Shown here in pieces: positions 61,764 through 64,000 of a stretch of 64,000 nucleotides of DNA (within the stretch, counting starts at the first letter, position 1; each line of letters opens with the position of its first letter). The translations under genes were made by a program, and so were the position numbers. The notes below the pieces were generated by a model. The model did no database searches. It saw nothing but the letters and a program-made list of their open reading frames with translations, and had not been told where the DNA came from. The DNA comes from Armatimonadota bacterium (lineage in GTDB: Bacteria; Armatimonadota; UBA5829; DSUL01): assembly GCA_039811685.1 (NCBI GenBank), contig JBDHZC010000001.1, positions 576,001 to 640,000 of the forward strand, read 5' to 3'.

Positions 61764-62894
61764 TCAGGCTTCCTTCAAGTTGTAGCGTTGCGCGATAATG
61801 TCACAAATCCGCCGCGCCGCGCATCCGTCTCCGTATGGATTACGCGTCTGCGCCATCGCGCGGTACATCTCATGATTTTCCATCAAACTGAGCGCTTCTG
61901 ACACTATTTTGCGCCGATCAGTTCCTACCAGCCTTGCGCCGCCCGCCTCCACACCCTCCGGGCGCTCTGTGGTGTTGCGCAAGACCAGTACCGGCTTGCC
62001 CAGCGATGGAGCTTCCTCCTGGACACCACCAGAATCTGTGAGTACGATGTCGGCCCTTTTCATGAGCTTGACAAACTCAAGATAGTCAGGAGGCTCAATT
62101 AGTTGAACGTTGCCCTGCCCACCGAGTTCCCTCACGATGGTCTCCCGGACAATTGGGTTTTTATGCATAGAAAGAACGACGACTGTCGAAGGAGCGCGCT
62201 GAAGGATGTCTTTGATAGCCAGACAGATATCTTCCATCGGCTGGCCCCAGTTTTCGCGCCGGTGAGCTGTAACAAGAATGACCCGCCTGTCTCCCATCCA
62301 GCCGGCAAGCGCCCGGTCTTCCAGAGGTTCATCCCGCCCGGATATCTCCATCAGCGCGTCTATAACGGTGTTCCCCGTCACCCAGACCGAAGCACTGTCC
62401 ACGCCCTCATCCAGGAGCCGTTCACGCGCTTGTTGAGTCGGGGCAAAGTGCAGGGCAGCGCACAGAGTAGTCATGCGCCTGTTCATCTCCTCAGGAAACG
62501 GTTCCCAGCGGTTGTCCGAGCGCAGACCCGCTTCAATGTGCCCAAAGTCCACACGACGGTAGAAGGCGGCGAGTGAAGCAACAAAAGTTGTCGTCGTATC
62601 ACCCTGCGCCAGGACAAGCTGCGGTTGAAAGCTCTCAATTAGCGGGTCCAGCCCGTCCAGGGCGCGGCTTGTGATCGAGGCCAGAGACTGCCCGGGGCGC
62701 ATTATGTCCAGATCGAAGTCAGGGGACACACGGAAGGCCTTTAGAATCTGATCCAGCATCTCCCTGTGTTGTCCGGTAACGGCAACTTTGAGATCGATCA
62801 CTTCGGAGCGGGATATGAGCTCGCGCACGACTGGCGCCATTTTGATGGCTTCCGGACGCGTGCCGAAGACAGCCATCACGCGCAATCTGTCCAT
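61764..62894 (-). CDS. wecB: UDP-GlcNAc 2-epimerase (non-hydrolysing)
   Basis: FGTRPEAIKMAP, QGDT, HIEAGLRS, PFPEE, TDSGGVQEEAP. Confidence 0.96.
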   Translation of the reverse strand: MDRLRVMAVFGTRPEAIKMAPVVRELISRSEVIDLKVAVTGQHREMLDQILKAFRVSPDFDLDIMRPGQSLASITSRALDGLDPLIESFQPQLVLAQGDTTTTFVASLAAFYRRVDFGHIEAGLRSDNRWEPFPEEMNRRMTTLCAALHFAPTQQARERLLDEGVDSASVWVTGNTVIDALMEISGRDEPLEDRALAGWMGDRRVILVTAHRRENWGQPMEDICLAIKDILQRAPSTVVVLSMHKNPIVRETIVRELGGQGNVQLIEPPDYLEFVKLMKRADIVLTDSGGVQEEAPSLGKPVLVLRNTTERPEGVEAGGARLVGTDRRKIVSEALSLMENHEMYRAMAQTRNPYGDGCAARRICDIIAQRYNLKEA

Positions 62895-62905
62895 CCGTCC
62901 GACTC

Positions 62906-63877
62906 CTATCTTAGAACCATCACAACAAGCAGCGCTCCGGCGGACAGCACAAACGTGGCAGCGTAGATTACCAGGATGGCCTGATTCACAGTGAGTCCGG
63001 CATCCAGCAGCCTGTGATGCAAATGCCCACGATCTGGCATGTAGATTGGCTTGCCACTGGCAGCCCGGCGAGCAACGGCGAATGCGGCGTCAAACAACGG
63101 AACTCCAAGCGCAAGAATCGGCACAATAACCGCCAGGGCAGCTGCCATCTTGAAGGCGCCGATCACCGCCGCGCCGGCAATCACGAAGCCCATGAACTGA
63201 GCGCCCACTGTGCCCATGAAGATGCGCGCAGGCGGATAGTTGTAACGCAAAAAACCGACACTCGCGCCGGCCACAGCCGCACACACTACGGCAACCGGCT
63301 GAGTCACGTGAGGAATAGGCATCAGAAGAGCCATCACAACCAGTGCCATAGACGCAATGGCGCACACACCGGAAGCGAGACCGTCCAGTCCGTCAACCAG
63401 ATCTATGGTCTTGGTTACACCAAAGAGCCACATCGCCGTGAGTGGAACTCCCAGCCAGGCGGCAACGGGTATAGATTGACGGGTGAAAGGGTTGGTGACT
63501 GAGTCAATGCGCATCCATTGCGCGACGAGCACGGAAACTGCAAGAAGCGCTGCAGCCTGCCAGAGAGCCGAAAGCTCAAACTTGTCGTCCAGCAAGCCAA
63601 CGGCCGCAACGAGTGTCGCCGCTCCCAACAGCGCGACAACCTGGGCATTCAGGTGAAACCATCCGCCCATTGCGCCAACGGCTGTGGAGGCGGCGATGGC
63701 GGCCATCACACCCAGCCAGATGGCGATACCGCCCCAGCGCGGAGTAGGATGCTGGTGAATGCGCCGTCCGCCCGGCTGATCCACAACACCCACCCGCAAG
63801 GCAAGCGCTCTAACCCACGGCGTCGCCAACCACGAAACCACCGTAGCCACAAACAGACTGAGTGCGACCGTTTTCAT
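62906..63877 (-). CDS. Undecaprenyl-phosphate GlcNAc-1-P transferase (WecA/TagO, MraY family)
   Basis: RIHQHPTPRWGG, GLLDD, DGLDGLA, NYPPARIFMG, DRGHLHHRL. Confidence 0.92.
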   Translation of the reverse strand: MKTVALSLFVATVVSWLATPWVRALALRVGVVDQPGGRRIHQHPTPRWGGIAIWLGVMAAIAASTAVGAMGGWFHLNAQVVALLGAATLVAAVGLLDDKFELSALWQAAALLAVSVLVAQWMRIDSVTNPFTRQSIPVAAWLGVPLTAMWLFGVTKTIDLVDGLDGLASGVCAIASMALVVMALLMPIPHVTQPVAVVCAAVAGASVGFLRYNYPPARIFMGTVGAQFMGFVIAGAAVIGAFKMAAALAVIVPILALGVPLFDAAFAVARRAASGKPIYMPDRGHLHHRLLDAGLTVNQAILVIYAATFVLSAGALLVVMVLR

Positions 63878-63958
63878 AGCGTTGCGCCTTTCTGAAAGAT
63901 TGCTCTCTCGGGAGCAGGCGCCTGCAGCCTCAGATTTGACGCCGGTGCGCGCAAGGCC

Positions 63959-64000
63959 TTAGCTAAGAGGAAATTCCGCAGTAAGACCCTTCACCTGCGA
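63959..64000 (-). CDS. 3' end of an upstream gene, possibly serine hydroxymethyltransferase
   Basis: SQVKGLTAEFPLS* resembles the GlyA C-terminus (V..L...FPL). Only 14 codons are visible. Confidence 0.45.
   Translation of the reverse strand, partial: SQVKGLTAEFPLS

Overview
Bacterial chromosomal window (standard code 11, about 57-60% GC by eye). It is probably from Armatimonadota or a similar lineage; this is inferred from a Gram-positive-type LexA, a PEP-CTERM protein and Firmicute-like gene order. Most of it is housekeeping DNA: glmU, tRNA-Gln, gmk-coaBC-metK-priA-def-fmt, NFACT/RqcH, thyX, a SWIM-SNF2 helicase, tRNA-Pro, gyrA-lexA, mreBCD-miaA-hfq-dapF-hflX, tatA/secG, hisDBHA, tldD/tldE, fhs and wecA-like/wecB. 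I saw no transposase, prophage or CRISPR array. Main observations: (1) A compact operon encodes an XRE repressor, an ImmA/IrrE-like peptidase with HExxE instead of HExxH, a 54-aa four-cysteine microprotein missing from the ORF track, and a BON-like protein. Its promoter carries the same GAAC-N4-GTTT box as the promoter of an unusual gyrA-lexA-SRPBCC operon, suggesting a layered LexA plus IrrE/DdrO-like damage circuit. (2) Three conserved genes (priA, ogg-like, hflX), and possibly a fourth (yyaL-like), appear to need non-canonical ATC/ATA/CTG starts. (3) A decayed larE/larB(/larC) remnant is present. (4) Candidate structured RNAs lie between hflX and ridA and in the leader of an NlpC/P60 hydrolase. 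All family calls come from motif recognition by eye, with no database searches.
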